DNA from: an uncultured Methanosarcinales archaeon
Lineage (GTDB): Archaea; Nanobdellota; Nanobdellia; Woesearchaeales; UBA583
Length of the DNA stretch: 64,000 nucleotides
Direction: 5' to 3'
Assembly (NCBI GenBank): GCA_964621065.1
Contig: CAZULG010000001.1
Location: 218,124 to 282,123, forward strand
This document shows positions 56,459 to 64,000 of the stretch, piece after piece. The first letter of the stretch is position 1. Each line of letters opens with the position of its first letter. Below the pieces are notes generated by a model. That model was not told where the DNA came from. It made no database searches and saw only the letters and a program-made list of their open reading frames with translations. The translations under genes were made by a program, and so were the position numbers.

Positions 56459-56639
56459 ATTAACTAATACTTTTTACTTTATCACTTAAACCCTTTAATT
56501 GATTTGCTTTATCCGTGACTTATTGTAATGTTTGAGCAGACTCAGCAGTATTTTTCAGAAGATTACAATTTTGCTCATCTAATGTTTTACAATATTCGTT
56601 TACTACTTGATTGATTGCGTTTTATAGCTCCTGATTTAC

Positions 56640-56822
56640 TTATTTTTGTGCTCCAGTGATCTGAGTGTAAATTTCTACGCTTGCTTCTCCAAAGGATGTT
56701 CCGCCTATGCCACAACCTACAAACCAAGTAATACCTGTTAAAAGAAGTAAAATGGTGAATGCTTCTCCTACATACAAAGATATTTCTCTAAAGTTATCAT
56801 TGAATAATTCAATTACAACCAC
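56640..56822 (-). CDS. small hydrophobic ORF, probably the 3' part of a frameshifted or read-through gene
   Basis: The track ORF starts at GTG in the middle of a hydrophobic helix. Its frame is identical to that of the 697-aa gene and stays open all the way back to that gene's TGA at 56946-56948. Confidence 0.35.
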   Translation of the reverse strand: MVVIELFNDNFREISLYVGEAFTILLLLTGITWFVGCGIGGTSFGEASVEIYTQITGAQK

Positions 56823-56851
56823 AATTATTAATTCTATTAAAGCGAATATAC

Positions 56852-56953
56852 TTAATCCAAAAAAAATAGGAAAAGCTGTCTTGAGATTATTATAGTCATT
56901 GCTAAAGCAAAGATAATTCCTAATACAATTCCTCCTGCTTCCTTTTCATCCAT
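56852..56953 (-). CDS. 33-aa single-pass micro-protein ORF overlapping the stop of the upstream gene (not in track)
   Basis: Hand translation gives MDEKEAGGIVLGIIFALAMTIIISRQLFLFFLD*. Its ATG overlaps the upstream stop (ATGGATGA). It ends just after an 8-nt T run (A8 on the + strand, 56859-56866). Confidence 0.35.
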   Translation of the reverse strand: MDEKEAGGIVLGIIFALAMTIIISRQLFLFFLD

Positions 56954-59039
56954 TTTTTCTATTTTCATCCTTCTTTTTAAGGATTTCATGAAATTCAGTA
57001 AATTTCGAATAATCCTTTTTATTTACAAATTTTTTAATTCTTTCTTGAAAATCTTGAGTCCAAATTGATAAAGGATGAATATACCAATCCGAAAATGTAT
57101 GTTTAAATGTAGGATAGCCATATTGCTCAAAGAAAGAAGGAATGGCTCGCCCAATTATTTTTGGTTCTTCAAAATCTTTAATAATGGTTTTGATTATTTT
57201 ATCCTTCAAAAGATCAAACTTTTTTTCTTTATGCATAAATGCACCAATTAACTTTAATAAACCATAAACTCTTTTTTTATCGCGAGCTTTAATCTTCTTT
57301 GAATCTTTTATTGATTCATAAAATTTAATCAACAATTCAAGAAGAGTTTCACATAATGGTACATTCTCAGAGTAAATTATTATAGCAAAATAATCCTCAA
57401 TAGTATAAAAATAATGGTTATCTAAATGATTATGATCGCTATTTTCTAACTCTGACTTTAGTCTTTTTAATAAAGAATTTAATAACTCTGAATGTTTTTT
57501 GTCAAATCTACTTTCCGTTTTTTGAATATATTGTGTTAAGAAAATAAACTCAGGAACACAGTGAAAAAACATAAAATCTAATTTTATACTTTTGTTTTCA
57601 AGCATTTTTTTACACAACCCAATATAAGAATCTATGATAGGGTTTAGAATGCTATATGGAACTTTTTTATAAACTGGCAACTGTGGATGAGCTTTGGATA
57701 TTTTAACAAGAATGGATTCTAAGTTAAATACTGCTCTTACAATTAAATCATAATTTATTGATGAAAAAGTTTCATTTGATTTTTTTATTACTTCAAAAAT
57801 ATCTGAAAAAATATTTCTTAAAAAGTGTAATTCAACATTTTTTTTATTTTGGACTACAATCACACATTCATTAATTATATCCTTAATATCATTCAGAGCA
57901 TATTGAATTAAATTTGCTGACCAAAATGAAGGATTTTTTACGCATAAATCCATTATCTCCTTTATATCATAATAATATGTTGAAGCAGATTGATAATACT
58001 CTTTTTGTATACATTTTTTGACTAATTTAGTTATTCCTGAAATTGCATGTTTGGGGGCAGAAGTTCTATCGAATTTATAACATTTAATGAAAGTCTCAAC
58101 TAATAAACGGCTTATAGAAATTGCATGGTTATTTATTCCCCCAACATTATACCTATTCTCTAAAGCATATGAGCCAATATCTCCTAAAAACAGAGGAAAT
58201 TTGTCCATGAACTTCTGATTTTCGTATTTGATCATAGTCTTTACTATAAAAGATGATTGGTCAGCTAACTCAATCAAAATTTTATCGTCAAGAGATTTGT
58301 ACGACCTTGTTTCTTTAAGATAGGTTTTAATTATTTTGTTTAATGAGTTAAGACATTGAGTTGAAACATCATCTTGATTTAATGCTACACTTTTATTCAA
58401 AGTATCAAAAATTGGTCTGATTTGATTTATTACTTTAGTTGTCGAAATTTCATTTAGACTTATTTTACCAATTAAAGGTAAGCTCTTTGCTTCTGCTTTA
58501 AATTTAATATAATTTGTTGTTTTTGATTCTATTTCTTTTATAACATTTAGAATATTCATAAAATAAGAAGAAATTACTAAAAGTGAAATGAAATTGAAAA
58601 CTAGTCCTACACTAACAAAAAAGGCAAATACTTTAACCGTATTGATAACCTCAAAAGAAGTGCCGAAAGTATACAATACAAGTGAACAAAATATGTAGCC
58701 TAGAATTAAGCCAAAATATTTTTGTTTAAAGAAAGTCATCCGCATAAGTTGTGACGAATAATCCTGACTTGTATTTTGTATTAAGAAAACAGTGATAGTC
58801 ACGATAACTCCTGTTAAACCTGTTATCAAACCTAAATAATCACCAAATCCATTAGAATTATTTAGTTCAAATGGAAAATTGATTAAAAAAGGAATTAGCA
58901 ATACTAAAATAGAACATACTGATAAAGAATATGCCACATACTTCAAAATTGGTTTTCCTTCTTTCTCCATTAAATTAAAGAATTGACTTTGGTTATATAA
59001 ATATTCTTCAATAAATCTCTTTTGCGAAGTAAAAGTCAA
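56946..59039 (-). CDS. membrane protein with about six N-terminal helices and a large helical cytoplasmic domain, unknown function
   Basis: 697 aa. The first about 190 aa are hydrophobic helices (VAYSLSVCSILVLLIPFLINF, LITGLTGVIVTITVFLIQ, and others). The remaining about 500 aa are Lys/Asn/Ile/Phe-rich and helical with no catalytic motif recognised. Confidence 0.6.
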   Translation of the reverse strand: MTFTSQKRFIEEYLYNQSQFFNLMEKEGKPILKYVAYSLSVCSILVLLIPFLINFPFELNNSNGFGDYLGLITGLTGVIVTITVFLIQNTSQDYSSQLMRMTFFKQKYFGLILGYIFCSLVLYTFGTSFEVINTVKVFAFFVSVGLVFNFISLLVISSYFMNILNVIKEIESKTTNYIKFKAEAKSLPLIGKISLNEISTTKVINQIRPIFDTLNKSVALNQDDVSTQCLNSLNKIIKTYLKETRSYKSLDDKILIELADQSSFIVKTMIKYENQKFMDKFPLFLGDIGSYALENRYNVGGINNHAISISRLLVETFIKCYKFDRTSAPKHAISGITKLVKKCIQKEYYQSASTYYYDIKEIMDLCVKNPSFWSANLIQYALNDIKDIINECVIVVQNKKNVELHFLRNIFSDIFEVIKKSNETFSSINYDLIVRAVFNLESILVKISKAHPQLPVYKKVPYSILNPIIDSYIGLCKKMLENKSIKLDFMFFHCVPEFIFLTQYIQKTESRFDKKHSELLNSLLKRLKSELENSDHNHLDNHYFYTIEDYFAIIIYSENVPLCETLLELLIKFYESIKDSKKIKARDKKRVYGLLKLIGAFMHKEKKFDLLKDKIIKTIIKDFEEPKIIGRAIPSFFEQYGYPTFKHTFSDWYIHPLSIWTQDFQERIKKFVNKKDYSKFTEFHEILKKKDENRKNG

Positions 59040-59232
59040 TATGTGCGTAGCACCTAGATTCCTTCTTCTTTGCTTCTTTTTCTAAAAGAAGAATGAGATT
59101 TAGACTAGTGAAAATTTGATTGAACTTAACTCCTCCTTCAACAAAATAACTTCCTCAAAATAAACGAAATATTTTAATTTTTAAATATAAAATAACCATA
59201 ACTATTTTAAACTCTCAATTCTCTAAATACTT

Positions 59233-60486
59233 ATGAATGCAATCAATTTTGATTTTCAAAAACGAAGAGAAAAACTCAAAGAATTTATGAAGAACAATGA
59301 AATCCTCCTCTTTCACACTCGAGATGTAATGATGAAAGAAGATGGAGAATTTTTTCACAGCTGTGATTCAATGTGGCGATATTTCTTCTCAAACACAAAT
59401 AGTGAGAGTATGGTTGCAATGATTGTGCGAGATGAAGATGAAATAAAAGTATATATTGGAGTTGAAGAGAAAAGTGAAATTCAAAAACGCTTTGAAGGAG
59501 AAATCTCAACACAAGAACTTGCAGAGCAGATGAATATAAACACTCAACATATTGTAAGTAAAACACAATTTACAAACATACTCGAAAAATATCTCTCAAA
59601 AGAGGATTTCAAATTGAGTTGTGTATATGATGAGAAAAGAGATTATTTTTCACAATTTCAACGATTTCTCAATACTATTCAAAAACAATATAATCTCAAT
59701 ACAATTGAAAATAAATTCAAACAAATTGCTCAAATTAGACAAATTAAAGACGAAGAGGAAATTGAAGCAATTAAACAAGCAAACAAAATAGCACAAGAAG
59801 TCTTTGAAGAAGTACTCAAATCAATTCATAACTGTGAAACTGAGCAAGAAGTATTTGCAACACTCAGTTATGAAATATATAAGAGAAATTCTGAGCACGC
59901 ATTTTATCCAATTGTTGCAAGTGGGAAGAATGCACTCACTCTACATTATACAAAACACAATCAACCATTAAATAACACTAACTTGCTACTCCTAGATTTT
60001 GGATGTGAATTTCACGGCTATAAAAGTGATATTTCACGAACAATTCCTCTTAGTGGTTCATATTCTAAAAGACAACAAGAAGTTTATGAGGCGGTTCTAA
60101 GAGTGCAGGAATATGCAATTTCACTCATTCAAGAAGGAGTTAAGTTTAAAGAGTATGAGACACAAGTAGCAAAAAAGATGGGTGAAGAACTCGTAAAGCT
60201 CAAATTGATCACACAAGATGAACTAGAAGAAGATATACAATATATTAGGCAATATTTTCCACACAGATGTTCTCACTTTTTAGGTCTAGACACACATGAT
60301 GTTGGAGAATATAACACAATGCAAGCAGGAATGGTATTAACAGTTGAACCTGGAGTGTATATTGAAGAAGAAGGAATTGGAATTCGCATTGAAGATAACG
60401 TGGTTGTAAAAGAGAATGATTGTGAAAATTTATCAAATAATATTATCAAGTCTGTAGAAGATATTACGAAGAAGATGAAGAAATAG
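59233..60486 (+). CDS. Xaa-Pro aminopeptidase / prolidase (M24B family)
   Basis: The pita-bread metal ligand blocks are LLDFGCEFHGYKSDISRT, HFLGLDTHD and VEPGVYIEEEGIGIRIEDNV. Length is 417 aa. Confidence 0.85.
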   Translation: MNAINFDFQKRREKLKEFMKNNEILLFHTRDVMMKEDGEFFHSCDSMWRYFFSNTNSESMVAMIVRDEDEIKVYIGVEEKSEIQKRFEGEISTQELAEQMNINTQHIVSKTQFTNILEKYLSKEDFKLSCVYDEKRDYFSQFQRFLNTIQKQYNLNTIENKFKQIAQIRQIKDEEEIEAIKQANKIAQEVFEEVLKSIHNCETEQEVFATLSYEIYKRNSEHAFYPIVASGKNALTLHYTKHNQPLNNTNLLLLDFGCEFHGYKSDISRTIPLSGSYSKRQQEVYEAVLRVQEYAISLIQEGVKFKEYETQVAKKMGEELVKLKLITQDELEEDIQYIRQYFPHRCSHFLGLDTHDVGEYNTMQAGMVLTVEPGVYIEEEGIGIRIEDNVVVKENDCENLSNNIIKSVEDITKKMKK

Positions 60487-60514
60487 AAAAGAAATGATTA
60501 ATTACAAAATTTTT

Positions 60515-61288
60515 TTACTTTTTAATAATTCTTAAAATAGGAATTTTTTCAAAAACTTTTTTACCTTCATTTAATCCAACTTCACAATTAACTATTTTTA
60601 ACTCAACACTAAAATCTATATTACTTCTACAAATGAACATCTTTAAGCTTTCAATTTTCTCATTCCACCGTTGATTTGAATTATTTCTAAGATAAAGATT
60701 ATTACAATTAGGATTCAAATAACCCAAATCAATAATTGCAATTCCATTTTTAGTTAGTAAGTTAGCAATATATTTAATATGATTTTGAATAATTTCCAGA
60801 TATCTATTTTTGAGTTCAAAATTTTCATCTGAAATGATATAATAGTAAGTTCGAAATGAATAAATAACATCAAACTTAATGTTTTCTCCTACTCTAGAAG
60901 TTAGCTCTTCTTCAAGTTTATCAACTTCATTTAAATCAAATCTAATAAATTGTTTTCCCTCATTTTTTGAGAGTCTAGATTCAATATCTTCATTTGGAAA
61001 TCTTAACGCTTTATATATTTTTTTTCTGAAATCATTAAAACTATTATCAATACACTTATCTACTCCAATAATTTTTGCTACTTTGTAGTCATTGAAAATG
61101 TCATCAACAACTAAACCAGCACCACAACCTAACTCCAAAATTTTATTATTATCCCAATTTCTATTTTTTCTAAAAAAAAAGAAATTAGAAATAGAACTAA
61201 TATTAATATTACTCAAAAATGATTTTAATTGGTGGTATCTTCTGACTTGAGTACATTTTGTTTGTGAGTCTAAATTCATTATATTCAC
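60515..61288 (-). CDS. class I SAM-dependent methyltransferase, substrate unknown
   Basis: Motif I is ILELGCGAGLVV and an acidic residue ends beta-2 (IIGVDK). Length is 257 aa. It starts 1 nt after the secD stop. Confidence 0.65.
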   Translation of the reverse strand: MNIMNLDSQTKCTQVRRYHQLKSFLSNINISSISNFFFFRKNRNWDNNKILELGCGAGLVVDDIFNDYKVAKIIGVDKCIDNSFNDFRKKIYKALRFPNEDIESRLSKNEGKQFIRFDLNEVDKLEEELTSRVGENIKFDVIYSFRTYYYIISDENFELKNRYLEIIQNHIKYIANLLTKNGIAIIDLGYLNPNCNNLYLRNNSNQRWNEKIESLKMFICRSNIDFSVELKIVNCEVGLNEGKKVFEKIPILRIIKK

Positions 61289-61289
61289 C

Positions 61290-62921
61290 TCATCTTCTCT
61301 GTTCCATTTCTTCTTCTCTAATAATTTCAGCTTCTTCTACTCGAATTTGTCTACTTGTTGTCATAATTCTTAGAGCTGTTGCGTAAAATGGTCGAGTAAT
61401 AAATACACCAAGTGTTACTCCAAGTATAATCATGAATGCAAATCCTTGCAAAATTGAGAGACCTGCGAAGAACAATGGTCCAATTGCTGCAATTGTTGTA
61501 ATAAATGCAATCATAATAATTCCCATTGCGTGCTTAATTCTTCGAGCAGTCAATTTTTTCTTATTTTTCTTTTTCATATATTCATCAGTAATAATAATTT
61601 GATCATCAACTCCTGTTCCAATGGCCGCAATGAGTCCTCCAATTGCAGCTAAATCAATTGAGATTTGAAAGAGAATTGAAGCTCCAAAAATAAGTACAAG
61701 CTCACTTAAAAGAGCAATACCAATGAGCACAAAAATAACAGGATTTTTATATTTGTATGAGATAATTGTTGAAACAACTAATATCGCTAAGAGACCAACA
61801 AGTAGAGCATTGTATAAAAATTCTTCTGAGAGTTCAGGACTTTGTGAAACTGATTGAATAACTTCTAACTCACTTGGAAGAGGTTTTGTGAGCAGTACTG
61901 CTTTTAAAATTTCTTGTTGATGTTGAGCAGATTCTCTAGCTAATTCAAGCGTTTCTTGACTATTACCACTTAGAGTAATTTGTGGGGCAAGAACAGGTTG
62001 ATATTTAAACGTTGAAGCAACTTGCAAAGATTCTTGAATTTCTCCATCAAGAATAAATGATAACTCTTCGCTCAAATATCCATTTTCAATTGGAAGTTGT
62101 GATGCTTCTTGAAGCATACTATTTGCAGCTTGAGATGAAATTTGAACACTAAATGAAATTGAGCATTGATATGGCGTAGAATCATTACAATTATATTGTG
62201 TATATTGAGATCCTTCAAGCACATCTCGAACATCTTCTCCTGTAAACACAGTAGTATTTCCAAGTCGGGCTTCAAAATTACCTTGCCGCTCAATGAGCTC
62301 TAGAATTGAGTCTCTATTTGCACTAGGACTTTCAACTTGTAAAAATTGTTCTCCACTAAATTGATCAGTAATAATATTAATATTAGCACCACTTGCACCA
62401 AACACATTCAATCGATTCTCTAAAATTTCTTTCAACTCTTCAAATTGAGTTGAAGTTAAATTATCCTGAGCTTGAAGTATAATTCTAGTCCCACCACTTA
62501 AATCAATTCCTAGCTTAATATTTGAATTATATGATTCTTGAATTGAAATTCCTAAAAAATCAATGACTTCTTGATCAGCATTATTATAAGTATAAGAATA
62601 AGTCTCACCACCTATTGTAATTGTATGTGTTGAATTAACCTGTTGAGAATTCAATAATTGATATGCTTGTTCAATTGAAGTTATACGCGTTTCATCAATC
62701 AATTCAAGTTGTGGAAATCCTCGTTGAAAATTATTCTCATTAAGTGAAAATCCTTGTCTAAATAATTCTTGTTGATTTGAAACACTTGAGACAATAACTG
62801 AGTCTTGTTCAAAAAAATTATAATTAATAAACCCAACACTTCCAATTAATAAGACAATGAGAAGAAGTGTTTTCCAATGCAGAAGAGTGTCAATTAAGTT
62901 TTCTTTAAACGATGAATTCAT
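61290..62921 (-). CDS. secD: protein-export membrane protein SecD
   Basis: 543 aa. An N-terminal TM is followed by a large external domain with GIDLSGGTRIILQ and a C-terminal 5-6 TM bundle with AAIGTGVDDQIIITDE. Confidence 0.8.
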   Translation of the reverse strand: MNSSFKENLIDTLLHWKTLLLIVLLIGSVGFINYNFFEQDSVIVSSVSNQQELFRQGFSLNENNFQRGFPQLELIDETRITSIEQAYQLLNSQQVNSTHTITIGGETYSYTYNNADQEVIDFLGISIQESYNSNIKLGIDLSGGTRIILQAQDNLTSTQFEELKEILENRLNVFGASGANINIITDQFSGEQFLQVESPSANRDSILELIERQGNFEARLGNTTVFTGEDVRDVLEGSQYTQYNCNDSTPYQCSISFSVQISSQAANSMLQEASQLPIENGYLSEELSFILDGEIQESLQVASTFKYQPVLAPQITLSGNSQETLELARESAQHQQEILKAVLLTKPLPSELEVIQSVSQSPELSEEFLYNALLVGLLAILVVSTIISYKYKNPVIFVLIGIALLSELVLIFGASILFQISIDLAAIGGLIAAIGTGVDDQIIITDEYMKKKNKKKLTARRIKHAMGIIMIAFITTIAAIGPLFFAGLSILQGFAFMIILGVTLGVFITRPFYATALRIMTTSRQIRVEEAEIIREEEMEQRR

Positions 62922-62992
62922 ATATACAAATTATAGATAAATTAAGTTTTATAAATATGTCTGTTGTCTTTCTCATAATTATTAAGAATTTT

Positions 62993-64000
62993 TTATTGAA
63001 CATATATAGAAATAAGAGGTTTTTGAATTATCTTTTTGCAGGATTTGAGATTAATTTTGTGAAGAACATTGGATTGTTTAACAATAATCTTACACAACGT
63101 ATGCTTTAGTAGTGAGTTTAGTCGTTCATCTTCCACAACACATAATGTCTCAACGGTTTGTAAATATAAAAAAAGTGAGTTTAATTCCATAACTATTTGA
63201 TAATAATTGTGAGTGCATGTAGAATCATACGATTGAATAAGTGTTTCGAGTTCATTTTCTTGTACTTTAAATTCATCAAATTGATTAAAGAATTTCTCAT
63301 CAATATTTAATGAGAGCTTGTAGAGCGAATTCATCTTAAAAATCATAAAGAGAACCACACTTAACTCATATAATTCATCAAAATTAATAATAAATTTATC
63401 AATACAACTTAAAATAGTAATTATTTTGCTATGAATGCTCTCTAATATTTCAAACTCTTCAAATTCTCCATATTGTTTAATTATTTCATATAATTCTTGT
63501 GCTATATAAACAAAAGTATAACTCAGAGGAGTTGAGCTCTTCTTTGTTGGAAACTGGGCATTTTGTATCATTGCTTCTTGAACATAGGAGATAATTTTGT
63601 TAATAGATTGCTCAATATGAATACTAAATCTATCTTGAGTTGGTTTAAATAAGAGTGTTGAGTGTGCAAGAGATTTTTTTAAATAATATTCTTTTGGAGT
63701 TGAATATAAATAAATTGGCTGTGAGTTAAGTAATTCCTCATTTTCAGCGTTTAAATATAAATTTGCATATGTTGCATACATAGAGTGCTTATCTTTAATA
63801 ATAATTGTTTGAAATAATTGAAGTGAATACGAGAATGTTCTGCCTGTAATTGATTTAAATTCATCAGAATTTGCAATTTCAACAAATGAATTATATGAGC
63901 TTAAAAATAGAGGAAGTGGATACTTTGAAGGTTTAGAACTCACAAGCACACATGTCGAAGTTGGCGATATTTTGAGATGATAATCAACATTAGGTTCAAT
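62993..64000 (-). CDS. hypothetical helical protein, 5'-partial at window edge
   Basis: The track start (63949) is GTG, and the frame stays open to base 64000, so the N-terminus is probably outside the window. No motif recognised. Confidence 0.45.
   Translation of the reverse strand: MEPNVDYHLKISPTSTCVLVSSKPSKYPLPLFLSSYNSFVEIANSDEFKSITGRTFSYSLQLFQTIIIKDKHSMYATYANLYLNAENEELLNSQPIYLYSTPKEYYLKKSLAHSTLLFKPTQDRFSIHIEQSINKIISYVQEAMIQNAQFPTKKSSTPLSYTFVYIAQELYEIIKQYGEFEEFEILESIHSKIITILSCIDKFIINFDELYELSVVLFMIFKMNSLYKLSLNIDEKFFNQFDEFKVQENELETLIQSYDSTCTHNYYQIVMELNSLFLYLQTVETLCVVEDERLNSLLKHTLCKIIVKQSNVLHKINLKSCKKIIQKPLISIYVQ

Noticed and set aside
56946-56948. Genome-wide UGA reassignment as an explanation for the in-frame TGA after the 697-aa ORF
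   Set aside because: TGA terminates atpH exactly at the ATGA overlap with atpI, and ends ftsY at the expected C-terminus. Other conserved genes end in TAA or TAG at normal lengths. The standard code is therefore the parsimonious reading.

Overview
The window is strongly AT-rich, gene-dense and clearly archaeal. The core genes recognised are archaeal-type LeuRS, aPelota, PolD large subunit, AglB/STT3, GatD, A-type ATPase subunits H and I, proteasome alpha, RibL, TrmY, ribosomal protein L30, FtsY, SecD and a DUF106/YidC-like insertase. There are also several PF07790-type (class III signal peptide) pilin-like genes and many orphan secreted or membrane proteins. This mix, the short intergenic spacers and TATA-like boxes about 25-35 nt upstream of start codons fit a small-genome, probably anaerobic, DPANN-like archaeon; that lineage call is inference. 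I found no rRNA, tRNA or CRISPR array. The most notable points are listed here. (1) An 861-aa flavodiiron-like protein is fused to rubredoxin-like and NAD(P)H:rubredoxin-reductase-like modules, and six of its seven canonical diiron-ligand positions appear substituted. A canonical 57-aa rubredoxin gene is missing from the ORF track. (2) Two core genes are present only as N-terminal pieces: PolD DP2 (470 aa) and Dph2 (about 96 aa). (3) There are three pockets of decayed mobile DNA. Two DDE-transposase remnants lie in inverted orientation around slyD and a pilin gene. A TnpB-like remnant retains hairpins at both ends. (4) A tight three-gene operon of unrecognisable proteins (42434-46152) sits next to the TnpB remnant. 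(5) A secreted protein resembles a phage tail fibre. (6) A 697-aa membrane protein is followed by 101 further open codons in the same frame after a single TGA, with an alternative small ORF that one extra base in an 8-nt homopolymer would join to that tail. (7) A locally GC-rich structured island lies in a convergent intergenic region. None of the orphan clusters can be given a function from sequence alone. All homology calls come from motif recognition by eye, not from searches.
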